The position numbers were made by a program, and so were the translations under genes. Shown here piece after piece: positions 34,171-43,876 of a stretch of 52,402 bases of DNA (its first letter is position 1; every line of letters begins with the position of its first letter). Source of the stretch: a virus (Duplodnaviria; Caudoviricetes). Location: positions 1 through 52,402 of the IMG/VR virus record IMGVR_UViG_3300034106_003179; one strand, 5' to 3'. The notes below the pieces were generated by a model that was given only the letters and a program-made list of their open reading frames with translations, did no database searches and was not told the origin of the DNA.

Positions 34171-35069
34171 GTTGGCGGCGTCCCGAAGACCGTTGCGAAA
34201 CTAGCCTCGGGATTCACGCGACGATTCAATACCGTCGCGTTCCCCGTCATGTTCAGGCCACCGCTGCCGTTGAGCCCCACGGGATTCGGCGATGGCACCC
34301 ACTCGCTGTTCTGAAAATCAAACACCATCGCACGACGTTTCTGCCCGCCGTCGATGAAGTTGTAGCCCACGTCTGGCAGCAGCATATTGTGGCCGCTCTG
34401 GCGGTAGGCCAGAGTGGCCGTTGCCTTCCAATACTTCACGACACTGCCGCCGAATTCTTCGTACTCGTAGGTCGTATCGATGCCCGCCACGCGGATCGTG
34501 TGCGTTCCGCAGCCCAGGTAGGTGGCGTTGTTGACGTGGTTGTTTACTTCGTACCAGCCAGACGGGAACGCGGCGAAGTTCTTTGTGACCTTCATCAGCA
34601 CCACGCTCTCGGTCGTCATCAGTCCGGGGTAGAAGTCGTAGGCACTGTTCGTCAGCGGATAGGTCGTGCCGCCGTCGTAGTACCGCAACGCCGGGAACTC
34701 GCCGCTACTGCCCTCAAAACTCCACACGGTGGGGCGCGAGGTCGGCGTCAGGAACTCCTCGTCGCGCACGACGCCGTATTCCAGCACTACCTCGACGTGA
34801 TAGGGCGAACCCTCAAATCCTTCGTTGATCGAAAACTTCCGCAACTTCCACGCCGCAAGACGCGGGTGCGGCTCGCCGAAAATCGCAGAGGTCGCGATCA
34901 CCCCCGTGGTCGTGTTAAAGACGGCGGCCAGGATTTCCAGTTCCGTCGCCGGGTCGTTTTGCAGCGTGCCGTCGGCGAGAACGCAGACGAGCCGACGCTT
35001 GACGATGGCGGGCCTGCCCACCTCACGCTCGAACGTCTGCGCCAGTTCTTTGATCGATACAACGCTCAT
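34167..35069 (-). CDS. Distal tail/hub-like protein
   Basis: Immediately downstream of tape measure. Confidence 0.6.
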   Translation of the reverse strand: MSVVSIKELAQTFEREVGRPAIVKRRLVCVLADGTLQNDPATELEILAAVFNTTTGVIATSAIFGEPHPRLAAWKLRKFSINEGFEGSPYHVEVVLEYGVVRDEEFLTPTSRPTVWSFEGSSGEFPALRYYDGGTTYPLTNSAYDFYPGLMTTESVVLMKVTKNFAAFPSGWYEVNNHVNNATYLGCGTHTIRVAGIDTTYEYEEFGGSVVKYWKATATLAYRQSGHNMLLPDVGYNFIDGGQKRRAMVFDFQNSEWVPSPNPVGLNGSGGLNMTGNATVLNRRVNPEASFATVFGTPPT

Positions 35070-35072
35070 GCG

Positions 35073-38000
35073 TTACCCCATTCTCGCCGCGCCGACGATT
35101 GCCACCGGCTGGTTGAAGTAGTTCGAGGCGGCACCTGTGATGCCCGATGCGATAGCGTTAAGCAGCCGCGTCTGCAACCGGGCCTCAATCAGAGCGGGGT
35201 CTTGGGCCTGGGCGGCCACGTCCTGCACCAACGCCTGCCCCTCGGCGGTGCGAATGTCGGCGACGTTCACAGTCGCGTTCGTCGGCCGCGTCAGCGCCTC
35301 CATCCGGCGGGCCTGCTCCTCCGCGACGCGGGCGCTCTGAGCAAGGGCGGCGTTCGCCCCGGCGTAGGCGTTCTGGAAGCCTTGCAGGAAGGCGTCGTTC
35401 TGGCGGGCGACGAGCGATTGGAACTGCTGGGCGGCGGTGTTGCCCTGCTGCAACTGCTGGGCCTGCTGGCGGTTGGCCTGCTGGCGGCCGTTGGCGATCT
35501 GTTCCTCGCCCCGCTTCGCTTGCTGCAACTGCTTCAGCCGTGTCGCGCCAGCGCGGGCGTCGGCAAGATTGCCAGACTTACGGGCCTCCTCAATCGATTT
35601 CTGCTCGGTCAGTATCTTCGCTTCGAGTGCCTGAACGTTGACCGCCGCCTGCTTCTTCCGTTCTTCGAGTTGCTTGACCGCTTCGAGTTCGGCCTTCTGC
35701 CGATCGTCGATCTTCGACGTGAGAAAGTCCTCAACCCGCTGGGCAGCGGCCAGCCGCTGATTGAATAGGTCTTGCTGCCTGTCCACCTCACGCTGATACG
35801 TCTCGGCGGTCAGGATGCCGTCCTGCGCCTGCTGCTGGGCCTTGGCAATGCCTTGTTCAAGAGCCTCGGCCGCCAACGCCCCGACGTTGCCGAACTGCTC
35901 GGCCTTTCCGATGAGGGCGTCGATGCTTTTGTTCGTGGCCTCAAACGTTTTCGTGAACCCATCGGCGAAGCCTTGATCGACGGCCTGCTGCTGGGTATCA
36001 AGTTTGGCCTGCAACTGGTCGAGTTGGGCGAGCTTGGCCGTGGCGGCGTCGGCAGCGATGATGTTTCCAGCCTCGCGCTGCTTGCGGATTTCTTCTTCTA
36101 GCCGCAACCGCTCGCGGTCCACGACTTCAATATCCCGCTCCAACTGCGTCGCCGTGTCGCCCGCCTTGAGCAGTTCGGCCACGCGGTTCTTCTCGTTTTC
36201 GAGCGTCCGCTTTTGGAGTTCGTCGATCTTCTTGAAGCCTTCAATCTGCTTGTCGTATTCGCTGGTTGCCTTGGCAACTTCCTGCGCGAGCGTCGCAGCG
36301 TTGATCCGGCCGTCCTCGAACTGTGCCCCAAGGTCGCGGAGTTTGTCTTGGAATTGTGCAGCGGCATCAAAGCCAGACTGCCCGAACTGCTGGGCACCTT
36401 CGACAGCCTTGTTGATCTTTTCCTGCAAACCGGCGAGCGTCTTTTCGGTTTCGGCGTTGATCTGAATGTCGAGCTTCGCGTCTTCCTCAATCGCCGCCAG
36501 TTCAGTTTTGAACGCGGCCCCCGCCTTTTCGGCCTCACGCCGGAACGTTTCTTCGTTAAACAAACCGGCGTCGAGTTTTGTCTTGAGGTCGTCCACCGCC
36601 GTTTGGTACTTGAGGGCGGCGTCGAAGCCTGCCCGCCCAAACTTGGCCGACTCGTTGATCGCGTCGCTGACGCTGCCAGTAACGTTTTGCAGCGTCTTTT
36701 CAAACTCCTTCGCGAAGCCACCGGACAGCGGTTCCTCCGCGGACTCACGCAGGCGGTCAACGGAGGCTTTCGCGTTGTCCGTGTTGCCGAGCCACCCGTC
36801 GAACAACTGCGTCACGGAAAAAACGCCGTCGCCAAGTGCCGTGAACGTCTCGCCCACCGCGTCAAGCACTGGCGTCAGCACTGTACCGATTGCCTGCGCT
36901 AGCCTCGTGACCGCGGCGATGAGGTCGGCAAGCAGATTGGCAAAACCTTCTACCGCGCCCGCGAACGGCAATATTGCGGCCTGCCCCAGCCCGGCGAGTG
37001 CGGTCTGCACGTTGTCGAACGCAGTGCCGAGTGACGAAACCCGGTCGCGGTCAATCTCGCTGATGCCCGCCGCGAACCGCTCCAGCGAGATACGGGATTC
37101 CTCCAGAGCGTTGAACACGGGCAGGAGCGTAAGGCCGTTCTTGCCTAACACGTCCACAGCAAGGGCGGCCCGCTTTGCGGGGTCTTCGATCCCCTGCAAC
37201 GCGTCAGAAACTTCTTTCGCCAGCCCGGCGGTATCGGCCGTGCGGAGTCGTTCCTGCGAAATGCCCAACTCGGCAAACGCCGCGGCGGCCTGCCCGCTGC
37301 CCGAACGGGCTTCCGCGAGCGTAACGTTGAACCTTTGAAGTCCGGAGGCAACCGTCTCGACGCTTTGGCCGGTTCGCTGTGCCGCTTCCGCAAGAACTTG
37401 AATCGTCTGAAAATCGGTACCAAGCCGCAAGGCGGTGTTGCCTAACTGCTCAAGTCTTCCTTCAAGGTCGGCCAGCCCGCGGACAACGCCCACCGCTGCT
37501 GCCCCAAACCCCGCAACAGCGGCCAGCCCAAGGTTGACCGGGTTGATGATCGACGTGATTGAACGTCCAACAGATTGCAGTCCCGGCGTCAGCCCGCTAG
37601 AAAACGCACGGGTCAGCCCCTCTCCTGCGCTCGCAAGACCGGACAGCCTACCCGCCACGTTGCCAATCGGGCCGGGCAGCACGGCGAGGACGCCAGAAAG
37701 TTCTCGAAACTTCAGTACGCCCGCGTCGCCTGCGGCTTCGATTCTTTCGGCAGTCCTGCCCGCCTCGACCGTCGCACGGGCGAACAGACCAGCCTGCCGC
37801 TCTAGTTCGCGGTTGAAGTCTTGTTCGGTCAGCACGCCTTGCTGCTTGAGCCTCGCAGCGGCGGCGATTGCCTCGTCAAAACGCTCCTGCGCCGTGAAGT
37901 TGGCCTGCCGGATTTTGTTGGCTTCGGTCTCTAATGCGGCCCGCTCGCGGTTGGCCTGCGCGGCGGCGGCGGCTTCGACTCGGCGAGCCTCTGCGAACGC

Positions 38001-38903
38001 GTCGGCTTGCTGCTTTTCGGCAGCGGATACGGCATCGGCCCTCGCCTTCGCAGACTCGGCGGCCTGCTTGTCGAGGCCGAGCTTGTCGATAGCGGCGGCG
38101 TTCAATGCCTGCGTGTCGATGGCACCGGCTTTTTCTAATTCGACATAGCGGGCAATCTCGTCGGCAACGTACTTTGTCTGGTCTCCGTATTGCCGCTGGA
38201 TGCGTGCGCCTTCTTCAAAGATCGCCTGCCTTCGTTGCTCCGCTTCGGCAGCGGCGGCCGTAATGCCGCTCGTCTTCTCGACGGCCCGTTGATAGATTTC
38301 CTCGGTAATAAACCCGGCGTCGAGAACTTCCTTCAGCCGTTCGAGCGACGCCTGCCGCTTCTCTTGCTCGGTCGTTACTGACTCCGTGATGCGGATGGCC
38401 TCTTGCCGCAGCTCGACCAACTGACGCTCGGTTTCGGCGGCGGCTTCGGCAGCGCGGGCATTGTCGCCGCTGAGTTCGGCCCGCGCTCTTGCGGCGGTTT
38501 CTTCCGTGATCGCCTTCTGCTCAAGCAGCGTGGCAATCTCTTGGAGTTGAGCGGCCTGCCTTTCTTCTGCTTTTGTGTAACGCTCTGTGACTTCGATTCC
38601 CCGCTCAAAAGCCTCGGCGGCCTGCTGGGCTTCTTCTTTCAACTGCCCGAATGCCGCCGCATATTCCTGCGGGGCGACAACGCCAGTTCGCAACTGCTCT
38701 GCAAGCGTCGCAAACTTCGCTGCAAATTGCTCTTGTGCAGCGGCGGCACCCGCCGAGGCTTCGGTCAGCGGCTTGAACACCGCCGTCGCCCGGTCGGCCT
38801 GCTTGGCAAGGTTGTCGAGCGCACGGTCAACGGGCGTGAGCGACTTTGCCAAGCCGCTCGCGTCGCCCGTGACCTTGAGTGCCAGCCCGAGAATGTTTGC
38901 CAT
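35073..38903 (-). CDS. Tape measure protein
   Basis: 1276 aa, Ala/Glu/Gln-rich helical, after tail chaperones. Confidence 0.9.
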   Translation of the reverse strand: MANILGLALKVTGDASGLAKSLTPVDRALDNLAKQADRATAVFKPLTEASAGAAAAQEQFAAKFATLAEQLRTGVVAPQEYAAAFGQLKEEAQQAAEAFERGIEVTERYTKAEERQAAQLQEIATLLEQKAITEETAARARAELSGDNARAAEAAAETERQLVELRQEAIRITESVTTEQEKRQASLERLKEVLDAGFITEEIYQRAVEKTSGITAAAAEAEQRRQAIFEEGARIQRQYGDQTKYVADEIARYVELEKAGAIDTQALNAAAIDKLGLDKQAAESAKARADAVSAAEKQQADAFAEARRVEAAAAAQANRERAALETEANKIRQANFTAQERFDEAIAAAARLKQQGVLTEQDFNRELERQAGLFARATVEAGRTAERIEAAGDAGVLKFRELSGVLAVLPGPIGNVAGRLSGLASAGEGLTRAFSSGLTPGLQSVGRSITSIINPVNLGLAAVAGFGAAAVGVVRGLADLEGRLEQLGNTALRLGTDFQTIQVLAEAAQRTGQSVETVASGLQRFNVTLAEARSGSGQAAAAFAELGISQERLRTADTAGLAKEVSDALQGIEDPAKRAALAVDVLGKNGLTLLPVFNALEESRISLERFAAGISEIDRDRVSSLGTAFDNVQTALAGLGQAAILPFAGAVEGFANLLADLIAAVTRLAQAIGTVLTPVLDAVGETFTALGDGVFSVTQLFDGWLGNTDNAKASVDRLRESAEEPLSGGFAKEFEKTLQNVTGSVSDAINESAKFGRAGFDAALKYQTAVDDLKTKLDAGLFNEETFRREAEKAGAAFKTELAAIEEDAKLDIQINAETEKTLAGLQEKINKAVEGAQQFGQSGFDAAAQFQDKLRDLGAQFEDGRINAATLAQEVAKATSEYDKQIEGFKKIDELQKRTLENEKNRVAELLKAGDTATQLERDIEVVDRERLRLEEEIRKQREAGNIIAADAATAKLAQLDQLQAKLDTQQQAVDQGFADGFTKTFEATNKSIDALIGKAEQFGNVGALAAEALEQGIAKAQQQAQDGILTAETYQREVDRQQDLFNQRLAAAQRVEDFLTSKIDDRQKAELEAVKQLEERKKQAAVNVQALEAKILTEQKSIEEARKSGNLADARAGATRLKQLQQAKRGEEQIANGRQQANRQQAQQLQQGNTAAQQFQSLVARQNDAFLQGFQNAYAGANAALAQSARVAEEQARRMEALTRPTNATVNVADIRTAEGQALVQDVAAQAQDPALIEARLQTRLLNAIASGITGAASNYFNQPVAIVGAARMG

Positions 38904-38905
38904 GT

Positions 38906-39187
38906 TTACCCGCCGAGTGCCTGTTGGAGCATCCGAAGTTGGTCGAGCATCTGGTCGGCGTGCTGCGGCGGCTTCTCAATCGGTATGAAGTCGGACGCAG
39001 ACGGTGCCTTGCCTTTCGCAGAGTGCGGTGCCAGCACCGCACTCACTAGCAAACCCGTCTGCCGCCACGGATCGGGCATCGCTTGGAAGTAGCGGACGTA
39101 TGCCATCCACTCCGCAAGCTCTGCCGAATCCATGCGGCACGACAGTTCACGCACCGTCATGCCGAGATGCCCCGCCAACGCGAACAT
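38906..39187 (-). CDS. Tail assembly chaperone, frameshifted C-terminal part (gpT-like)
   Basis: LAGHLGMTVREL...ELAEWMAY; reachable by -1 shift. Confidence 0.75.
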   Translation of the reverse strand: MFALAGHLGMTVRELSCRMDSAELAEWMAYVRYFQAMPDPWRQTGLLVSAVLAPHSAKGKAPSASDFIPIEKPPQHADQMLDQLRMLQQALGG

Positions 39188-39210
39188 GAATCGTCGCGTT
39201 GGCGAGACGT

Positions 39211-39555
39211 TCAGCCTTTTCCCAGTGCCTCAACGTCCTCCTCGCTCATGTTGTTGTGCTTGATCGCCTCGTCGAACAATCGCCCCATCACCGAGCCGCT
39301 TTTCTTTGCCAGCCCGGCGACTTGCTCCCGCGAAAAGAGCAGTTCACCCTTCTCGTCACACAGGACGCGGGCGAGGTATTCGGTGCGGAAGTTCTCCACG
39401 CCGGTCTCCTTCTTGCCGATCCACATGCGCTCGTAGGCGTCGCGTTCGCCAACGCTCATGATGCGAATATGAACGTCGCCGCCCCATTCGCGGACGGTCA
39501 CTTTCTTCAAGCCAAGGTCGTCGGCGGCGAGAATCTGGTCTGCGGTCAGTGCCAT
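39211..39555 (-). CDS. Tail assembly chaperone (gpG-like)
   Basis: VTVREWGGDVHIR..., LCDEKGELLF, ends LGKG. Confidence 0.8.
   Translation of the reverse strand: MALTADQILAADDLGLKKVTVREWGGDVHIRIMSVGERDAYERMWIGKKETGVENFRTEYLARVLCDEKGELLFSREQVAGLAKKSGSVMGRLFDEAIKHNNMSEEDVEALGKG
39217..39223 (-). promoter_or_regulatory. -1 programmed frameshift slippery site G GGA AAA
   Basis: CTG GGA AAA GGC TGA; the -1 frame reads RLNVSPTRRFMFALAG into the next ORF. Confidence 0.8.
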
Positions 39556-39563
39556 TGTGTTCC

Positions 39564-39884
39564 TCATTCGGGCGTGATTTTGAACGTCATCGCGTAACGT
39601 GCGATGTCGTTTACTCGGCCCGAGAGTTGCACCCGCTCGCAGATCGCTTTTGTGGAGAAGGTCAGCCCGCCGCCAGAGATGGCGAGCGTGGCCTTCTTGC
39701 CGTACTGGGCCAGCGAGACGTTGGCAGTGCTCAGGCACGAGATATCTATAGTGCCTGCGTCAAGCGTCCACGTGCTAGCACGCGCGAGCGGCAGACCGCC
39801 ACCCGCGTTGACCTTGATCTCCACGACCTCGCCAAAGTTCGTGGAGTTCCACGTCGCCGTGACGCCCGTGCATACGTTTGCCAT
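39564..39884 (-). CDS. Tail tube-like protein 2
   Basis: DAGTIDI...VNDIARYAMTFKIT. Confidence 0.6.
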   Translation of the reverse strand: MANVCTGVTATWNSTNFGEVVEIKVNAGGGLPLARASTWTLDAGTIDISCLSTANVSLAQYGKKATLAISGGGLTFSTKAICERVQLSGRVNDIARYAMTFKITPE

Positions 39885-39903
39885 GACGGGCCTCCGTCAA
39901 GGC

Positions 39904-40284
39904 TTAGCGAGCAACCTTGAAAGTGGCCGTGCCCTTGATCGTGTCGTTCGTAGAGAACGTGACGCTCGACGAGGCAACCGTGGCGTTCTTCGACAGGAAT
40001 GAAACCCCGGCGTGCGTAATCACCATCGCGGCACTCGAAGCGTCGGCGATGACGCTCTTGCCAAGATACTCAATCGTCACCTCGCGGCCGGTATCCGAAA
40101 CCGAACCAGTGAGCGGTCGGTCGATGGTCGCCACGCTATTGCCCGTCGTCAGGCCAAGGTGCGACACGTCGATCTTGTCTTCGGTCGCGGGGTCGGCAAG
40201 GTTGTAGACAATGTTCGTCACGGTGAACGCGGTGCCGCCGAACGTGAAGACGGTTCCTGCGCCATCATGGGGAGTCGCGGACAT
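39904..40284 (-). CDS. Major tail tube protein
   Basis: IDVSHLG...DTGREVTIEY...KGTATFKV. Confidence 0.7.
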   Translation of the reverse strand: MSATPHDGAGTVFTFGGTAFTVTNIVYNLADPATEDKIDVSHLGLTTGNSVATIDRPLTGSVSDTGREVTIEYLGKSVIADASSAAMVITHAGVSFLSKNATVASSSVTFSTNDTIKGTATFKVAR

Positions 40285-40288
40285 AGTT

Positions 40289-40705
40289 TCAAATCTCCTG
40301 CCAGAGTATTCCGAACGTCATCTGTACGGTGTAAACCGGCGGCACGTCGCCGCCCGCCAACTGCACGAACCCGTCGCCTTCGTTTTCCAGCGACACGTTC
40401 GACACAACCGTATTTTGAAAAGTTCCTCCCCACCCATCCAGAGACACGCGGACGGCGTCCGCAAGGTCGCGGACGGCCTCGTAGGTGGTGGCAAAAGCGT
40501 CAACCGTCAGCATGACCATCGGGACGCCAACCGGGCCGGACAGCGAATGCTGCCGCTGAATCGACGTTCGCCGCCATGTCACGAAGGGCAGGGCGGCGTC
40601 GGCGGGGGCGATGACCGGGTAGACCCGGCTGCTGACGAGGGCCGTCACGGCGGCGGTCGTGACGAGCCGGTTGCGGACGGCGGCTTCGGGTGATTTGAAC
40701 GCCAT
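40289..40705 (-). CDS. Tail terminator (DUF3168-like)
   Basis: RVYPVIAP..LPFVTW; synteny. Confidence 0.75.
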   Translation of the reverse strand: MAFKSPEAAVRNRLVTTAAVTALVSSRVYPVIAPADAALPFVTWRRTSIQRQHSLSGPVGVPMVMLTVDAFATTYEAVRDLADAVRVSLDGWGGTFQNTVVSNVSLENEGDGFVQLAGGDVPPVYTVQMTFGILWQEI

Positions 40706-40707
40706 GC

Positions 40708-41478
40708 CTAAAGCCCCGAAATGGTTTTGGTGTCGCTGTACGTCAATGTGTCCAACGCCCGGCGAAGCGTAAGATTCAACTCCTGCGTGAGGATTGACGC
40801 CACCTGCCCCTGCGTATCCTCAAAGGCTGACCGCACGGGCGGGATGCCCATGAGCCCGCCGGGCTTGACCGGCGGGATGATGATGGGGTCTCGGCTCGCC
40901 TTGAAGAACGCATTGGGATAGCCGGGGTCAGTCTTCACGCTGCCGTCGCTCGTCGGCACCATTTTGAACGGGCCGAGCTTTTTGAAGCTCGACGCGATGT
41001 ATTGGTTCTGCCCCTTCTCGACGCGGTGCGCTTTCACCTCGACGGCAGGCCTGCCCGGCACGCGGCGCATGTGGCCCCGGCGTCCGTAAGGCTCCACGGA
41101 CTTTCGATTGATCAGCCGTTCCTGCGTGCCGAACTCCAGCCACCACTGGTGATAGCCGCGGTCTTTGCCCGCCCGTATCTTGCCGCCTTGGGCACTCGAC
41201 GAGTCTTCTCTGCCGCTGCGGCGGTAGCCGATCATGGCGACGGCATTGCCGTCCTTTGGGTACTTCTTCACCAGAAACGACGCGGCCCGCTTGAGGTTGC
41301 CCGTGGGGCCAACCGGCGTGAGTTGTTGCAGCCGCAAGTACGCGGGCTGAATTGCCTTCTTGAGTGCGTCGTGCAGGGCGGTCGCGGTGAACTTCGGCTC
41401 GCCGAGGTTCTGGATGCCACGCCGCACCGAGTCCAATTCGGGGAAATCCGCAGAGATTTTGATGCCCGCAAAAGCCAT
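40708..41478 (-). CDS. HK97 gp10-like tail completion protein (extended)
   Basis: PVGPTGNLK, WLEFGT; synteny. Confidence 0.7.
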   Translation of the reverse strand: MAFAGIKISADFPELDSVRRGIQNLGEPKFTATALHDALKKAIQPAYLRLQQLTPVGPTGNLKRAASFLVKKYPKDGNAVAMIGYRRSGREDSSSAQGGKIRAGKDRGYHQWWLEFGTQERLINRKSVEPYGRRGHMRRVPGRPAVEVKAHRVEKGQNQYIASSFKKLGPFKMVPTSDGSVKTDPGYPNAFFKASRDPIIIPPVKPGGLMGIPPVRSAFEDTQGQVASILTQELNLTLRRALDTLTYSDTKTISGL

Positions 41479-41795
41479 CAGATGTTCTCCTGACAGATGA
41501 CTTCGTGTTCGCTGCGGTTGTTGTGTTCCAGCAGCGAAATGATTTCGAGCGTGCGGCCCCGCCACGCCAGCCGCATGTTCTGCGTCAGCCCCGGCAGGTG
41601 CCGCATCCGCACGCGGTGGCTCACTTCGACGTTCGACTGCCCGAACGTGAGCAGCTCGCGGGCACTCATGCCCTCGACGCTGGCCCAGACCGCCGTGCTA
41701 TCGCTCCACGCCATCACCGTTTCGCCGAGCGTGTTGGTGCTGCCGCTGGCGATTTGCACGGTGACGCGTTCGCGGAGGCTGCCGGGGCGAATCAT
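41478..41795 (-). CDS. Head closure protein (SPP1 gp16-like)
   Basis: GSLRERVTVQ, VWASVE, HRVRMR. Confidence 0.85.
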   Translation of the reverse strand: MIRPGSLRERVTVQIASGSTNTLGETVMAWSDSTAVWASVEGMSARELLTFGQSNVEVSHRVRMRHLPGLTQNMRLAWRGRTLEIISLLEHNNRSEHEVICQENI

Positions 41796-42391
41796 GTGTA
41801 ACTCCCCCACGACACGCTATCGAGCAGCGACTTCACGCCGAACGGCACCTCGTTCGCGCTGACGTTATCGACGGCGGTGCGTCGCTCGTACCACGTCGAA
41901 ATCAGCATCAGCATCGCGTGCTTGGCTCGCACGGGTGCAGCCGCTCCGTCGGTGCCGAACCCAGCCCACCACGTCACGGTGATGCTGCCGGGGTCGTCGA
42001 GATTCGACGGCCACGTCTGGCCGTAGAGATTGCGAATCGCACCGGGCGTCGAGTCGCGGTCGACGCGATACTCCGAGGTCGCCAGCGTCGCGGTCTGCCC
42101 CGTCGAGTTGAGCGTGTACGTCACGGCCACGGAGGTCGCGGTGCCGTGCATCGCCATCGGAGGGCGGGGCAACTCAATCTCCGGCGGGAACTGGTCGAGC
42201 CGCATCTGGTATTGCGTGTGGACGAGCGTGCGGTCGATGTAGTCCTCGACCCACTCGCGGGCCGCACTGATGAGCGAGGCCACGTAGGCGTCGTCCTCGC
42301 TGCCGTCGATGCGGCAGTGGGCCTTGGCGTCGGCCAGCGACACCGGCTCGACGGTCGGCTGCGTCACGCGGCGAAGGCTGCGAAATCTCAT
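41792..42391 (-). CDS. Head-tail connector (gp6-like)
   Basis: EPVSLADAKAHCRID, AMLMLISTWYERR. Confidence 0.88.
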   Translation of the reverse strand: MRFRSLRRVTQPTVEPVSLADAKAHCRIDGSEDDAYVASLISAAREWVEDYIDRTLVHTQYQMRLDQFPPEIELPRPPMAMHGTATSVAVTYTLNSTGQTATLATSEYRVDRDSTPGAIRNLYGQTWPSNLDDPGSITVTWWAGFGTDGAAAPVRAKHAMLMLISTWYERRTAVDNVSANEVPFGVKSLLDSVSWGSYT

Positions 42392-42588
42392 TGCTTCTTC
42401 CTCCGTCGCGAGTTGATGTCAGCGGTTTCGCCGCCGGGCTCAATCGCCGCTTCCTCGATGTCGATGGACTGCTGCCGCTCCACGACGGCGTACCCCCACG
42501 CGACCAACCGTGCCGCGAGGTCGTCCGTCACGCTCACCACTTCGCCTGCCTTGTAGGCGGCGTACTGCCGGGACATTTTGATTTTCAT
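42388..42588 (-). CDS. Small head-module protein
   Basis: YKAGEVVSV...AARLVAWGYA. Confidence 0.65.
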   Translation of the reverse strand: MKIKMSRQYAAYKAGEVVSVTDDLAARLVAWGYAVVERQQSIDIEEAAIEPGGETADINSRRRKKQ

Positions 42589-43322
42589 TACGACGGCACG
42601 CTCCATGCAGAGTCGGGCTTTTTCATGGTGTTGGAAAACTCGGTGCTGTATTGAAACACCGGCTTGTCGAGGGTCTTGCCCGGCCACGTCACCATGTATT
42701 CGCCGTGGCCGAGGATCACGCGGGGCGTGATGTAGGGGCGGTTGCCAGCGGCGCGGAACTGCCGCCAGAACCAGATGTCGTCATCGGTGCGGCCTTCGGC
42801 CCATTCGCCGTCCTCGTTGGGCACGCCCTTGAACCAGGGTTTCGGCGTTCGCTTGAGGGCGGCGGTGCTGATGACGGTGCAGCCGAAGTGCATCGTATCG
42901 ACTTCTTGCACCGGCTCCGCAAACCACTCTTTCGGCAGTGTCGTCTTGCCGCCTTCGGGCGGGTTGTCGAGCATCCCCTTCAAGGTCAGCATCGGCCTGC
43001 CGTCTTCGCGTTTCGTTTGCAGGCCCGTCAACGCGTCGCACTGGAACGTCATCGCCATTGCGAACAACTGCTCAACGTCCTCCTTCGTAAAAAACGTGTC
43101 GTAGTCAATGGTCAACAGGTACTCGCATTTGTCGACGAACTGCTCAAAGACGCGTTGCAGGCATTGGCCCCAAAACGCCCCAGTGACTTTCGTCGGGCGA
43201 ATCCCCAAGGGCATCAACGCCTGCGCCCACGTATAGAAGTTGTCCTGAAACCCCAGCCGCGGAACGCTCATCACGGCCTCGACGCGAATGTCGCACTCAG
43301 TGTTTCCGACGCGGACGATCAT
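42588..43322 (-). CDS. GT2-like glycosyltransferase in head module
   Basis: LLTIDYD (DxD), HFGCTVI, KPWF, DDIWFW, LGH. Confidence 0.7.
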   Translation of the reverse strand: MIVRVGNTECDIRVEAVMSVPRLGFQDNFYTWAQALMPLGIRPTKVTGAFWGQCLQRVFEQFVDKCEYLLTIDYDTFFTKEDVEQLFAMAMTFQCDALTGLQTKREDGRPMLTLKGMLDNPPEGGKTTLPKEWFAEPVQEVDTMHFGCTVISTAALKRTPKPWFKGVPNEDGEWAEGRTDDDIWFWRQFRAAGNRPYITPRVILGHGEYMVTWPGKTLDKPVFQYSTEFSNTMKKPDSAWSVPS

Positions 43323-43333
43323 GCAAGCCTCGT

Positions 43334-43373
43334 AAAAAGAAAGCGGGCGGCCCCGGTGTGGAGCCGCCCGCTC
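43334..43373 (-). terminator. Rho-independent terminator after capsid genes
   Basis: AGCGGGCGGC stem followed by TTCTTTTT. Confidence 0.75.
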
Positions 43374-43395
43374 AGGATTGCACGCTCGTCAAGGA

Positions 43396-43839
43396 TTAGC
43401 CGACGACCTTGGAAGCCACGCCCTTCTCGGACGCGGTATCCGGCCCCTGCTCGCCCTTGCTGAGCCGGGCGTTGGTCACGACGGCACAGGCACCCGGCGG
43501 CGTGGCGTACACGGTGAGGTACCGCTTCTTGCCGCGGAGGTCGACGTCGAAGCGATGGGAGTAGCCCACGTTCGCTCCGGTCGTCGAGCCAGCCGCAACG
43601 GTGAAGCCGCTGCCGCTGACCATGCCGCTGACGTTCACCTGCCCGCTGCCCGCTGCGTCGCTGTCGGCCAGACGCAGCACCGAGGCACCGGACGACTGGG
43701 CGGCGGTGTAGGCCGAGAACAGTACGTCAATGGAGGCGTGGTCGAAACCGAGCGTGTCGATCTCCAGCGAGTGCGTAGCACCGGCGGCGACGCTCGCCTC
43801 AACCTTGCTGACACTCTTGGTGGCTTCTGCATGATTCAT
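43396..43839 (-). CDS. Capsid decoration/cement protein
   Basis: IDTLGFD...DLRGKKRYL, directly after MCP. Confidence 0.65.
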   Translation of the reverse strand: MNHAEATKSVSKVEASVAAGATHSLEIDTLGFDHASIDVLFSAYTAAQSSGASVLRLADSDAAGSGQVNVSGMVSGSGFTVAAGSTTGANVGYSHRFDVDLRGKKRYLTVYATPPGACAVVTNARLSKGEQGPDTASEKGVASKVVG

Positions 43840-43876
43840 GGGTCAAAAATCTCCTAGTGAGAGGTTCCTAGAGGTA

